From NCBI GenBank assembly GCA_010909165.1, contig VJWM01000068.1:1364001-1428000 (forward strand): DNA of 64,000 bases. The letters run 5' to 3'. The position numbers were made by a program, and so were the translations under genes. The notes beneath the pieces are model-generated. The model ran no database searches. It was not told the DNA's origin and saw only the letters and a program-made list of their open reading frames with translations. This stretch comes from Anthoceros angustus (taxonomy: Eukaryota > Plantae > Anthocerotophyta). Positions within the stretch are counted from its first letter, which is position 1. Each line of letters opens with the position of its first letter. Below are positions 11,052 through 26,470 of this stretch, piece by piece.

Positions 11052-12992
11052 TCAAATTCTATCGTGAAGGACCGAGATTAGGGGTAGACCCAAATATCTA
11101 TCGGTTACTGGTAAAGCAGATGGCATCACCCTCACAATATCTGTCCCATTCCCACCATGATGGAGTGCCCTTCGGCCCTCATCCAGGAATCTAGCCATAG
11201 CCTCTTGAGTGTATGCATTCGCTTGCCCCACGTTCAAGAGCTTGCCAATGTTGGGATAGCTATTCAGCATATGATCGCCATTCAGCTGTGAAGCTAGCTG
11301 CACCAACTCTTCTTGGAACTCTGTCAGTTTTGCAAGCTCATTCGGTGGTGAATGCCTCAGTGACCAAGGTGGGCCTGGAAGAGTTGCTGCACAGCACAAC
11401 CAAAGGCCAGATTAGTGCCAACAACCTCGTTGACCCCGCTGGGCACAACCGAAGGCCAGGTGAGTGCCAACTACATTCAAATCATCTGAACCATCAAAAT
11501 GACATTACAAACCTGGACAGTCGGTCCTTGCGGTTTTACGGAAGATATTTTCAAAGGTCCCAGCCCATGCATCCCTGTCTGTTAGGAATGGTCCATCCAA
11601 ATTGAACAACTTCTTCACAGTTGCACATATTGAGGAGTGCTCAAACTTGGAAGACGGGAAGGGCCCGACGGGATCATGCACAACTTCAGAACAGGAATGT
11701 GACCAGAGTCAGATGATGTGGGCTAGTGCCAGGTGTGCGCAGCCAGAGCAGACTTAAAACAGCAACATACAAGAAGGTGAAGGATACCTGTGCCCTTGTC
11801 AATCCAAGGGGAAACCATAATTGTCGGTACACGTACACCCAAACGATCGAACTTGAAACGATAAGGTAAAGGCCCAATCAGACCATCTGGGTTGGGGACA
11901 TCCTCAGTAGGAGTGGGGACATGGTCGAAGAATCCACCATGCTCGTCATAAGTTATCAGGAACAGCATCTCCTTCCACTGAGGGCTGCTCCTTAGGATCT
12001 CATACACTTCCTTGATGAAGGATTGTCCCTCGGAAACATCATGAGAAGGGTGGTCATCATTTGCAGGCAATAAGTTGGTATCAAAGTAGCGTTGCTCTAT
12101 GATAACATAGTTTGGAAGCAAGCCTAGCTTTGCATGCAACTTGAAGGTGAGAGAGTAGTCATGAAATTTAGTGATGTACTTCAACTGCCGGAGTTCCTTG
12201 AAGAACAGCGTTGCCGGGATGTTTTGATAGTAAATGCCAAAAGAGAGACCTGCATCATCAAGAACCTCCATGATGGGCTTCTGCGGGAATCCATCAATCA
12301 AGTCTTGCCTATTGTTGCTCATGGCCCCATGAGAAGTGGCAGAGTGGATGTAAAACCGGTTGGGCTGAGTAGATGCTGGAACTGAAGCATACCACCTGCA
12401 CAGAAAGACAGCACAGCACAGCTCAGCTCAAACACCGCAGCTGAGCTGGTAACAGCATAAGCCACAAGAGCAAACATAGACCACAACCCCTGCCACTAAG
12501 AGCGCCTTACTTGTCAAACACAGCATACTCCATTGCCAGAGCCGTGTGAACAGGCACCACTTCGGGCCTAAACCCACTCATGACCTTTCTCGAAAACCCT
12601 TCCTGCATGCTCTCCGCCTGCTGCGCAAACCCGTTCATCGGAGGTGGCTTGGCCGTGGTCTCCTCCGAGCCGAAAATTTGCTCCCGCATGGCTTGAAATG
12701 AATGACCAGGGTCGGGATCCACGAATTCCGACGAGTCCGCAAAGAAGATTCGCGGCGAGTCGGGATCCGTAACATTCAAGTAGTTCCATTCCTCCCCCGT
12801 CACTCCGTCAATTTCCGGATTCAGCCGCTTCAACCATCCCAGCATGTGATCGAAGGACCGATTCTCCTGTACAAGAATCACCACGGTCTTGATAGGCCCG
12901 TCGATGGTGTGCTTCTTCGCCAGAGCTGGCAGCAGCAGGAGATGCACCAGCAAACCCACCAACACCCCCCATGAAATCCCTCGGGACTTCAT
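11052..12992 (-). CDS. NPC: Non-specific phospholipase C (NPC1/2/6 type, with signal peptide), 4 exons
   Basis: Exons 12992-12511, 12395-11788, ~11684-11515 and 11386-11052. Motifs [94 protein letters not shown]. Confidence 0.95.
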
Positions 12993-13803
12993 CCTCCTCC
13001 TCCGCAACCCACCTCAAACCCACGCACCCAGCCCAGCCCAGCCCTGACCTGCCCTCAACTCCCACCTCACACGACGCCTTCACCGGCCCACAGAACACTC
13101 AAATATCCCCACCTATTCCACACCCGCCCTCTCCCCGCAGCAGCAGACAGCAGCAAGGCAGAGTCGGCCACACCAGCCAAACCGCGATCCAATTCCCGCA
13201 CCGTAATAATTGAGACCCCAATCCTCCCTCCGGCACCCAGCACCCGGCACCCAATCCAAATTTAGCCGCTGCCGTTCACAGAGCTCCCTCCCAGCTGCTT
13301 TGCATGAAACAATTGGGCAGCCAGCAAGCTCCGCTCCCAATTCCGGCCGCCGGCGCGATGCCGTGCAGGAGCAGCCCGCTCTTGTTGTGCGTCCGGTCCG
13401 CTGCGAAGCGATCCGGTCTGGTCTGCTGCGGTCCCGCTGCTGCTTCCTCCCCTCTTCTGCTTCCCGGGCACAACAGAGGCAAAAGCAAGCGTATTTGTGC
13501 GACCCATCCGGTGTGGCAGAGGTTTAGAAGACGTGGCGCCCGTTTTAACAGGCGAGCTAGGGTTCCGGAAACGGATGCCCATTTCCCAGGCCGGGAGAAG
13601 GCCACACCATCCGTGTATGTAAGCTTCTATCTTGGAGCTCGCCTTCCGTTCCGTTCCAGCCCATCGTGTCTTCCTGGCCGTCGCCGGTGTCTGCTGTTCG
13701 GAAATCCAGCCAAGTTCATTGAGCTGCCCTAAAGTTGCGGTGTGGAGGAGAATATCCGCGCCCCGTCACGCTGCCGCATTCCACCTTCTTTTCGTGATTT
13801 TTC

Positions 13804-14487
13804 ATGGCGGTTGCAACAGTTGGCGCGGGCACCCAGCCTAGCGCTGCGTGCTGGCAGTGGAGGCTGGAGTCGTGACGGTCGGGAGCGCAAGGCTTGGCGG
13901 TCAGGAGTGATCCGGCACCGGCCTCTGGAAGGCACCAACGTGGCAGGTTTCTAACTGTCCGTAGGAGGCGACGATTTTTCTCCCGACTGGGCCAGATTTT
14001 AGCTATCTTGATGATGATATGCCGCATATGCTGCATGTGTGGTGTGCTTCTGGCGCTCCTCACTTTTCCTACTTATGGTCACTCGTTTACGCCATCGACA
14101 CGGATCCCTGGCCACGGTTTGTGCATTTCTGGGAGTCAGGAACGGATGCTTTTCCAGATACCAGGGCTTTTGTAGCATCTCCTGCATTATGTTCCGATCC
14201 CTTCAACATGTGGGCGGCTAGGACCTCCCATAGGTTGTACAGGTCCTCGTTGCCCAGGACCAACTTGCCCTGCTTCCCATTCCAGGGGTAGAATAATGTC
14301 ACTGACGTTATCCTATTTGATCAGAAGCAACGATTTTTTGGTGGGCCCGAGCTCCGACCACCGCGGTCGTCCCAATGCCGTAGCTAGCCTGACACCGTCT
14401 GGGTGGAACCAGCCAACCAGGTGGGTGTGCGGGACACAGTCCTCGAGCATGGAGAAAGGTCTGGAACGTGAAGGTATGAAAGTCTAG
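13804..14487 (+). pseudogene. Possible degenerate gene for an uncharacterised plant membrane protein
   Basis: A basic stretch plus hydrophobic segment (RRRRRFFSRLGQILAILMMICRICCMCGVLLALLTF) is followed in another frame by FNMWAARTSHRL, a motif I only recall from uncharacterised plant proteins. Needs frame changes and read-through of a TGA at 13873; weak. Confidence 0.25.
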
Positions 14488-14859
14488 GACCAGAATAGTA
14501 CGCCCGACAGTCTCCCACACGTCACCACAGTCCAATCTGTAAGAGGACGGACAAGGCACTGCTTGCAAGCAGCGGCGATGTGTGAGTGGTACACTGTAAT
14601 CTGGCATTATATGTAGGCTTACATATCTCAGGCTGCAGGCATGCCGCAACTGCGGGGGCGGCTAGGCATTCAGGCTGGGAGCAATGGGGAGTTCGTACTT
14701 CGAAATGGTATGAATTAACCTACAAAGTGGCAGTAAGGGGATGTGGCGTACCAACACCTGACCAAAATGGATTCTTGATTTTTTTCACCTCGGTTGAGCT
14801 GTGAGTTGGCGCCTACACTGTCAGGATACCCAATCCTCTGAAGTGTGTGGTGTTATGTC

Positions 14860-16532
14860 CTAACTTCTGCAGATGTCATCCTCGGGCTTAAGCCGAAGAT
14901 CCAGTCTGAGGAACACAGGTCCACTGATCGAAAGATTCCACCGTGGATAGCTGAAGCCACGTTCGATGAACCAGCCATCTTGAAACAGCTCCTTGAAAGT
15001 ATAGCAGGTGCCGGCAACTTCTGCCACCTGCAAGTCTAGATGACCCGACTCCTTCACCTGGTAGTCCTGGGAGTAGTCCCTTTTCATGGCGATGGAGTAG
15101 TCCAGTAAACTGTGATGACCGTCGGCGTCGGATGACTTCCAGGAACACGACGGAGGGACTACAAGGTTCACAATCAAGGTCAGTTGTTGGTTGTAAGATG
15201 CCTTCACCTGACCATGCCGAGCCTCAAGGTAGAAGGAGTATTTCCCTAATTGAAATGGACGGGACTGGAAGTTCTGCCCGGTGCAGATTACCAGCTCTAG
15301 AGGGAACTCGAAGAAGACCTGACAACCCTGCCCGTTCTGACCCACAGCGAACGTCTTGGAATTGCCCCAGAAGTTTTCCAGAATCAGAGTGCTGCGGGGC
15401 CTGAACCGATTGTGGTTGGTCTTCTTCCACAGCATTTGCTGTTGCCTCGAGTGAGTGAAGCTCTTGAACCTGAAAGCTTCCATGATGAAAGCTTGACAAG
15501 CCGGACTCTGCATCTGTGGACTAGCAGAAACTACATCTACCAGAAAGTCACCTGTCATCCACGGAAACCTAACCACCTCGCAGATTTCTTCAGCTGCACG
15601 GTTCTTCTCCTGCGAGGTGTGGCAGTTGACATCCAGCCATTCCAGCATAATCTTGAACACCTCTTCCTCGTAGGAAACACTGAGGCTATCGCTATCCAAA
15701 ACTACTTTTACACCTTCGATATTCAGGGTGAGAAAATCATTTTTCTTGTTGTAAATATCTGAGAACTGCTGAGCTAAATAGTTGCGGCAGTGCTCCACAA
15801 CAGGCTGCACAGCTCTGTCAGCTTTCAACGACTCGGGAAGACTGAGCACAAGAAGGGAGTCGCTCAAAGTGCTGGGAAATTTCTTCAACACGTTTGCCAG
15901 CGGCTCCATACAGGATGAGATAGCAAACCGGTCAGCTAAGGTGAGAAGCACAATGGTCCCCTCTGCATCCGAAGGCTGATTCAGCCGGCCCGTATACATA
16001 TAATGAATAAGCTCCCTCAACCCACATTTTTCTGCAAACGCCACAGCCACCGCTCACTCAGCCTCACACTGCACTTCGACTTAAAAATGCAACAAACATG
16101 AAAGCCACCTCTGTCAGGCCGTGGATCATCAACGTACTAAACGAAGGGCAAGCGAGGAGACCGACCTTCTTCCGTGACCTGCACCGTGGCTATATCCGAG
16201 TTGGACTCGCACATTCCATTAGAGAACAGCGTCTTGAAATACTCCGAGTGCGCAGCGAGTATGACGGAGCTGACATGAATCGTCTCCGTCTGCACAGAGC
16301 TCTTCTGAACAAGCTCCTCCGCAGCCCCTGCCAGGATCTGAGCCCGTGCGTCCACAGTCAGCTTCCGGCCAAACCCCAATACTAAATCTTACCAATGCGA
16401 CAGACGCAAAGACCACCATCCCACCTCTACAATGTCCACCTGACAAGGCGCGCACTTGGTGATCTCCACATGCAGCAAGCGATCTGAAAACGAGGGATTG
16501 TCGAAAGCGAACTCGAAGCTAGCCACGGCCAT
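14860..16532 (-). CDS. BTB/POZ-BACK domain protein (POB1/LRB-like), 3 exons
   Basis: Exon 1 16532-16440 reads MAVASFEFAFDNPSFSDRLLHVEI. Exon 2 carries HVSSVILAAHSEYFKTLFSNGMCES. Exon 3 (16031-14860) carries LRELIHYMYTG, LLTLADRFAI, the BACK region (YEEEVFKIMLEW, VRFPWM), FRPR and FYLEA. Confidence 0.9.
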
Positions 16533-17216
16533 AGCGCTTCCACCCGGCACGGGGTGGGAACTCCCACCCCTAGGTCCGCAAACCTGCTGCAATCCCTTCC
16601 TGAAACACGCCACACCTCTCCAGCCCCTAGCCTCCACAACCCCTCCCTTCCAGTCTGCTCTCCAACACTTAGAAACCACCCGATCCTGAGCTCGGCGAGC
16701 CGGAATCTGGCGCAGACGCAACGGCAGCCCGCATCCTGCAGGATCACGACTGCCGGTCTTGCGGACCGGCAGGAGCAGTCAACGAGGATGCAGGACTACA
16801 TGGAATGCGGCGGCTATTGCCGCGCTCTATCATCCGGACTCCGGCCCCGGAGCCAGACAAGCGGATGCTGCTCCCAAGTTGCGCCTCCGATGGACCAGCA
16901 GATCAGCACGCCATCCGCAGGCACAAGAGGCGGAGATTGCGAGATGTGCGCAGCCGCCCCGCCGCGCTCCCGCATACCCTCCTGCCATGGAAAGCAGTGC
17001 ATGCTCCCGAGTCGCCCGCGACGAGCCGCAACCGCGCCAAATCAAGAGCCGACGCGTTACCGCCCCGCCGCTATCTGCACAATCGCGGCTAAGTTAGCGG
17101 GCGCCCATCCGCCAATACGCGTCTCAATAGGACGCGTTTCACTCTAAAACCGGTGCTCCCTATGTATCTGTATGCACAAATTATTTACAGTGCACAATCC
17201 CCCGGAGGTTCCTCTA

Positions 17217-20776
<3,560 letters not shown>

Positions 20777-21453
20777 GGATCAATGGTGGGGAATCTGGTG
20801 CAAGCTTGGCAATGGAATTGGTGGTTTCCCGCATGGAGATGGAGGAGGGAGCCACTGCCACAAGGGTGTGTCCAGATGCTTCCAGAACGCCATCCCAAGA
20901 GAACTGCACACAAGCCGCAGAGCCCGAATCGGAAAGCCATAGCTGTCAAGCTACAAACTCGGAAGTATTTCTTGGTGTAAATCAATTACTTCTCGCGATC
21001 CTGGCACAGCAAGGTGGTCGTGCCCGGAGTGGTTATTATATATTATAATATACATAGTATTGTATATTTTAATAATATATTAAGCAAAGAACATAATACA
21101 TAATTATATATGGTTCTAAATATTTAAAGTAATACCAAGAATGGGAGCATAAGTTCTATACGGTTGATGGGACTGGGGTGAATGGCCTTATTAAGGGGCT
21201 CAAATATTAGGTTCGATGGTCAAACAGGAATCGCTCCAAAATACGCTCGGTAAGTTCATCCGGATGTTGGAGCCGGGACTCGTTTATGGTTTGCCACAAA
21301 CCGGGAAATCGTAAGAACCAGTTTATCAAAAATCCCGTTTGTCACTTGAGTTAGGGTTTGTATGAGGTTCTTCTGTTTGAATTCCGTGGCGCTCGTCTTC
21401 GTCTACTTCACAAAATGCCTCACATAAGTCAGCCACATCAAGTGTTGGAGTCA

Positions 21454-21579
21454 TTGGCCCAAGTGGTAGATTTAAGTTGCTTGACGGAAGAGGACATGGC
21501 CCAAGTGGTAGATTTGAGTTTCTTGATGGAAGAGGATATGGTCCAAGTAGTAGATTTGAGTTTCTTGATGGAAGAGGAC
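21454..21579. repeat. 42-bp tandem repeat x3 (encodes MAQVVDLSFLMEED-like unit)
   Basis: Units at 21454, 21496 and 21538, with a few substitutions. Confidence 0.9.
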
Positions 21580-21680
21580 AACTTGGAAGGTGCTATTGGT
21601 GAGAAAGAAACCAGCAAGCTTTCACTTAAGAGCTTCGAATACGCAGATTTGTTTGGTGACAACCCATCATCGTTACACTG

Positions 21681-21926
21681 GTTGCAATTCTACTTGTACA
21701 AGCCTTGGATCAGAGAGGTACTTGGCAAACAGGACTCGGGAGTTGCAATTCTACTTGTACAAGCCTTGGATCAGAGAGGTACTTGGCAAACAGGACTCGG
21801 GAGTTGCAATTCTACTTGTACAAGCCTTGGATCAGAGAGGTACTTGGCAAACAGGACTCGGGAGTTGCAATTCTACTTGTACAAGCCTTGGATCAGAGAG
21901 GTACTTGGCAAACAGGACTCGGGAGT
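21681..21926. repeat. 61-bp perfect tandem repeat x4
   Basis: GTTGCAATTCTACTTGTACAAGCCTTGGATCAGAGAGGTACTTGGCAAACAGGACTCGGGA at 21681, 21742, 21803 and 21864; no spacers. Confidence 0.97.
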
Positions 21927-23395
21927 AAAATGTTCACAGTATGTCTCTTCAGTATGATATGTGTTCTAGATAATTTCGTCAAATAACTAGAATGGACAAG
22001 CAATCATTCTTCTCTTTGGTGGATATGATTTCCTCTCATCAAGTGTTTCAAAATAATGCCTTTATTGACCATGCTACAATGCCTACAATTGGCCCTATGT
22101 CGTTAGTGCATTATGGCAACAGAATTTCCATTCAACAGATCTTACGGCAGTGGGGGGTGAGCATAGGTAGTGTGGTGAACTATATTCGAAGATGTCTTCT
22201 AGCTCTAGAAAAAGTACTCTCTCCATACGTACAATAGCCGAAACAAGATGATCGTGCCCTTTTTGACTAAGAAGTTTGCAGTTTCAGGCTTTCCAAGTTG
22301 CATCGGGCTCATGGATGGTAGTGTTTCCCTAGCACAGAAACCCAAGGCTCATGATGAATGGTTATTATGACGGGAAAGGCAGATATAGTATTAATGCTCA
22401 AGTTGTTTGTGATGAAAAGCATAGATCTAAATCCTCTACATGTATGCGGGTCTGGCCTACAAGCTTCAGCCTCACTTCAGTTCACGCTTCGTTGCCTGTT
22501 TACCAGTAAAAACAAAGCTCGTTTCAAGGGCTTTCCTAAGATGCAACACATGGCGAATTCGGACAGTAGGTGGGTAGACACTCGAACTAGACATAGAGGG
22601 ATTGATTAGTAACATTCCAGCATGTAACTGTATGCAGGAGGAGGCTTCTCGACACGTTGCCAACTTTGAACAATCCATTTGCAATTTCCAATTTCGTGCC
22701 CTTTGTAGACAGGTAAAGTCAGGTCCCCAATCATCTCTAGTAGTACTATCAACATGTTTACCATTCGGATCTACGTCTACCATACCCAGCGGAACAAGGA
22801 CGACAACCGCCCATTTCCCATAAGCCAAATCCAGATAGCTTTCTTCGTATCCATATCAAAATTCACAACCGCATGGTGAGTGGCACACCTTGCACTTGGC
22901 CATAGAGCTGCTTTGCAAACCACCGCATTTGCTCCTTTTTTTCCACCAGCTTTTTGTGGTAGCTAAAGTAGGACACCTGGCGATCGATAGTAGCCAGTGC
23001 AGAAGCGAATCCTTTTTGCTTGATATTTACTGGTTCCAGTTTTATCCTTCACATAAGCGACAAAATCCATAGTCTGCCCATCTGCCGAGGGGGTTACGTC
23101 CAGCCATCCTCATGCTCTCTGGCTATGGGAACCGCCTGTGTGCTTGTGACCTCCCTCATATTCCATATTCCTGATCCTCCTCTCATACCAAAGCATTGGC
23201 AGAAAAAGTATTAGGTAGTGGATTAGAGTGGCGTGTGGAGTTTGGACGTGGCTCGTACGTGGGCACTGAGGCCCCCAGCCAACACAGAACGGAACGGGCG
23301 CACGCCCCACGAGCCAGGTCACGTTGACTGTCGTACGCAGGGTCAAATGTGGGCAGCAGTCCAGGAGCCCAGGAGCCCAGCCCAGCCCAGCCGGG

Positions 23396-23433
23396 CCGTC
23401 CGTCCGTCCGTCCGTCTGTCCGTCCGTCCGTCC
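23396..23433. repeat. (CCGT)n microsatellite
   Basis: About 9 units with one variant, read directly. Confidence 0.9.
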
Positions 23434-25049
23434 TTTGAGATACTCACCGAAACAAAATATGTACAGACATGGACTGTACTGGCGTCTGGAGCTCTGGGCC
23501 CGGGGAAACGGGCAAACGGGCAAACGGTCGCATGGAGAGGCCCAAGGAAAGGGCGCAAGCTTTCACATAAAAAAATGCGGCATCCAGGCAATGCATAATG
23601 CGCCTCCAGACTCTGCCCCAGCCACTAGAGCATGTGGCCCAGGAGAGGTTTTTGTTACCGTATGAAGAAGCCAGAGGCGCAGCAGCAGCAGCTCATCATA
23701 TCCGCACGAATTATATGAATTTATGCAGATACGTTTGGCACGTCTACGATGGCAAGTCGGGGCTGCCTTCCTGCTCTGCTCCTGGATGGATCGGGGACTG
23801 CATGACTGCATCCTTCCATTCCCTTAGTGCGGGCTGAGGTTTGAGAGGAGGCATCCGCAAAATGCACACTCCCACACAGAGCAGTAGGCTACAACGTTAC
23901 GTGTGAGCGTGGAAGTGTCTGTTGGGGAACCCAAGTGTGCGATTGGCAAGTGCGTCGTAAGTTGCGTGGCATCTCGCATTTTTGGGTCCACCAAGTTTGG
24001 TGGTAAGATGCCGGGTGCGACTCCCAATTCCCACCCACAAACAAGTTCCACACAAGGGAGGGCAAGGGAAGGGAAGGGAAGGGAAGCCAAGGGAAGCCAA
24101 GAAGGGAGAAAGAAAAGAAAGGATAAGATGCCCGCGCTCGGGCCCGGGCCGGGGGCTGGGCCGTGCTTCGGGCACGGCCCGGAGTGTCCGGACAAAAGGG
24201 GAAGGGGGGGAGGGGAGAGAGAGAGTAGAGAGAGAGCGGGGAGGCTTGACCAGAGTTCTGGCAGGCTTTGACTGGAAGGCAGCAGGTGCAGCAGGCTGCA
24301 GGCTGCTGGCTGCTGGCTGCAGGCAGCAGGGCAGGGCCTTCGATCTTGCGCTTGTGGCACGGCCCGGAACAGGCTGCGGTGGCGGAGGGGAGCCAAGCCA
24401 TCTTTGGGCTCTCCCGCCTCCCCCCTCCCGCCTCCCGGCAGCGCATGTGGCGCCGGGGATCCATCATTCTCTTCACCAACACGCTCCGGCTCTGGCCTCG
24501 CTTTCTGTGTCGCTCGCCAGCCCAGCTCTGCCTCTGCCTCTGCCGCTGCCTCTGCCGCTGCCGCTGCCTTGGCCCAGCTCTCTTTTGTCTCTGCTGCAAG
24601 CCTGCCAGGCTGCGGAGGCCAGGCCAGGCCAGGCACCGGGCAGCCACAGGCCACAGGCAGCCCAGCCCAGCCCAGCCCAGCCCAGCCCAGCGGCAGGCTG
24701 CCCTTCCCAGGCCCACTTCAACTTGGCCCCTTCCCAGGCCCCCACTCTCTTGAATCCAGCGACCCCAATGCCGCCTTGTTCCTGATGCGCACGCCTGAGG
24801 CCCCAGAGCCCAGCGCCCAGCGCCCGCCCACAGCCGACTCCGCAGATGCTGCACGCTCCACGCACCGGATATAGCCATCGCTGCACCTCTAGCTCCAGCC
24901 GTGAGATGAGCCTGCGCCTGCGCCTGCCCCTGCCCCTGCTCCCGCCGCCTGCTCTGCTCTAGATCGCTCCTGGGCTGCAGCTGGGGAGGAACAGGACGGC
25001 TTTGCGCTTTGTGGGCGGTAGCTCGGGAGCGAGGCCTGCCCGTCCGACC

Positions 25050-26321
25050 ATGAAGAGCAAGGAGCTGCGGATCCAGATCCCGCACCACTTCCGCTGCCCC
25101 ATCTCGCTGGACCTGATGCGGGACCCGGTGACGCTCAGCACGGGCCAGACCTACGACAGGGAGAGCATCGAGAGGTGGGTGGAGGACGGCAATTCCACCT
25201 GCCCCGCCACCATGCAGCGCCTGCACGACAAGTCCCTCATCCCCAACCACACGCTCCGGCGGCTCATCCAGGAGTGGTGCGTCGCCAACAGATCGCAGGG
25301 CGTGGAGCGGATTCCGACTCCCAAGCAGCCGGCGGATCCCGAGCGGGTGGCGGCGCTGCTGCGGGAGCTGGCGTCCGGGGCCCCCGCCCTCCGCCTGTCC
25401 GCGGCGAAGGCCATCCGGGCGCTGGCCAAGGAGAGCGACAAGAACCGGGTGCTGATCGCGCGGGGGGGAGCCGCCGCGGTGCTCATGGATGCCCTGTCGG
25501 CTGAATTTTGCAGGCAGGGGCAGGGGCAGGGGCAGGAGTCGCGGGACGGGGAGATGGCGGAAGAGGCACTGGCTGCCCTGGCTCTGCTGCCCCTGGCCGG
25601 GCCCGACTCCGCTTCCCCCGACTCGGAGGCCTCCAGGATGTTTCTCTCCCGGAAGGACACCCGCCTCGCCCTCGCATCTCTGCTCTGCAGAGGCAGCATG
25701 GAGGCGAGGGTGAATGCCGGAGCCATCCTGGGGCTTCTCACGTCCTCGGCCGACGACCATCTCAAGCAGCTGGTGGGGGCGACCCGGGGTGTCATGGAGG
25801 GCCTCGTCGCCCTGGTGAAGCAGGATTTCTACCCCATGGCTGTCAAGACCGGGATCAGAGCCTTGCTCTCCGTCTGCCTGGAGCGATCCAACCGGGAGCG
25901 GGCGGTGAAGGCCGGAGTCTCCAGCGCGCTCATCGAGCTCCTTCCCAACCTCAGGCAGCAGGGAGATGCGGAATCAGCTCTGGCCACGTTGGAGCTGGTG
26001 TGCAAGACGGCGGAAGGCCGGGAGGCCATAGCCGCCCACGCTCTGGCCCTGCCTGCTCTCACCAGGATGATCCTCACCTTCCCCGGGGGCGCCACGGAGT
26101 ACGCCACCGGAGCGCTGCTCGCCGTCTGCTCCCACAGCGAGGCTCTCCAGCAGGAGGCGGTGCAGGCCGGCTTGTTCACGCACCTGCTGCTCCTTCTCCA
26201 GAGCGACTGCACATCCAGAGCCAAGAGGAAGAGCATGGAGCTGCTGAAGCTGCTCTGGAAGGTCTGGGCTGCCGATCCCTGCTCTGCCCAATTCGGCCGC
26301 ACCGACATTGCCCCCTTCTGA
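25050..26321 (+). CDS. U-box/ARM-repeat E3 ubiquitin ligase (PUB25/PUB26-like), intronless, 423 aa
   Basis: U-box IPHHFRCPISLDLMRDPVTLSTGQTYDRESIERW..TCPATMQRL..LIPNHTLRRLIQEWC, then VERIPTPKQPAD, ARM-like helices and C-terminal RAKRKSMELLKLL..DIAPF. Confidence 0.95.
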   Translation: MKSKELRIQIPHHFRCPISLDLMRDPVTLSTGQTYDRESIERWVEDGNSTCPATMQRLHDKSLIPNHTLRRLIQEWCVANRSQGVERIPTPKQPADPERVAALLRELASGAPALRLSAAKAIRALAKESDKNRVLIARGGAAAVLMDALSAEFCRQGQGQGQESRDGEMAEEALAALALLPLAGPDSASPDSEASRMFLSRKDTRLALASLLCRGSMEARVNAGAILGLLTSSADDHLKQLVGATRGVMEGLVALVKQDFYPMAVKTGIRALLSVCLERSNRERAVKAGVSSALIELLPNLRQQGDAESALATLELVCKTAEGREAIAAHALALPALTRMILTFPGGATEYATGALLAVCSHSEALQQEAVQAGLFTHLLLLLQSDCTSRAKRKSMELLKLLWKVWAADPCSAQFGRTDIAPF

Positions 26322-26429
26322 TCGTGTCACAGGAGGCCATTGCTGCCAGGCAGGAGTGATTGTTGTACAGTGCACTCGGACAGCCTCGCCCGGCCTCTCT
26401 GGCCATGTTTTTTTTGTCAGGCTGCAGCA

Positions 26430-26470
26430 TTAGGCCTAGGGATTAGGGGTTAGGGATTAGGGATTAGGAT
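26430..26470 (+). repeat. Short degenerate telomere-like tract (TTAGGG/TTAGGGA variants)
   Basis: TTAGGCCTAGGGATTAGGGGTTAGGGATTAGGGATTAGGATT, ~110 bp after the U-box stop codon. Confidence 0.55.

Larger units (their letters stand above)
21358..22560 (+). mobile_element. Degenerate PIF/Harbinger transposase remnant
   Basis: Across shifts: FRQITRMDKQSFFSLVDMI (~21976-22025), WGVSIGSVVNYIRRCLLAL, WPKQ (stop at the Trp codon), GFPSCIGLMDGS-FPLAQKP, YYDGKGRYSINAQVVCDEK. These match the Harbinger-type DDE nuclease. No TIR or TSD was identified. Confidence 0.75.

Noticed and set aside
21681-21926. CRISPR-like array
   Set aside because: The units are identical and directly adjacent with no spacers, there are no cas genes, and the context is eukaryotic.
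23824-25760. Long minus-strand ORFs (623 aa at 23889-25760; 276 aa at 23824-24654) and + ORF 25508-26359
   Set aside because: Shadow frames of the GC-rich U-box CDS and its microsatellite-rich upstream region; low complexity, no domain.
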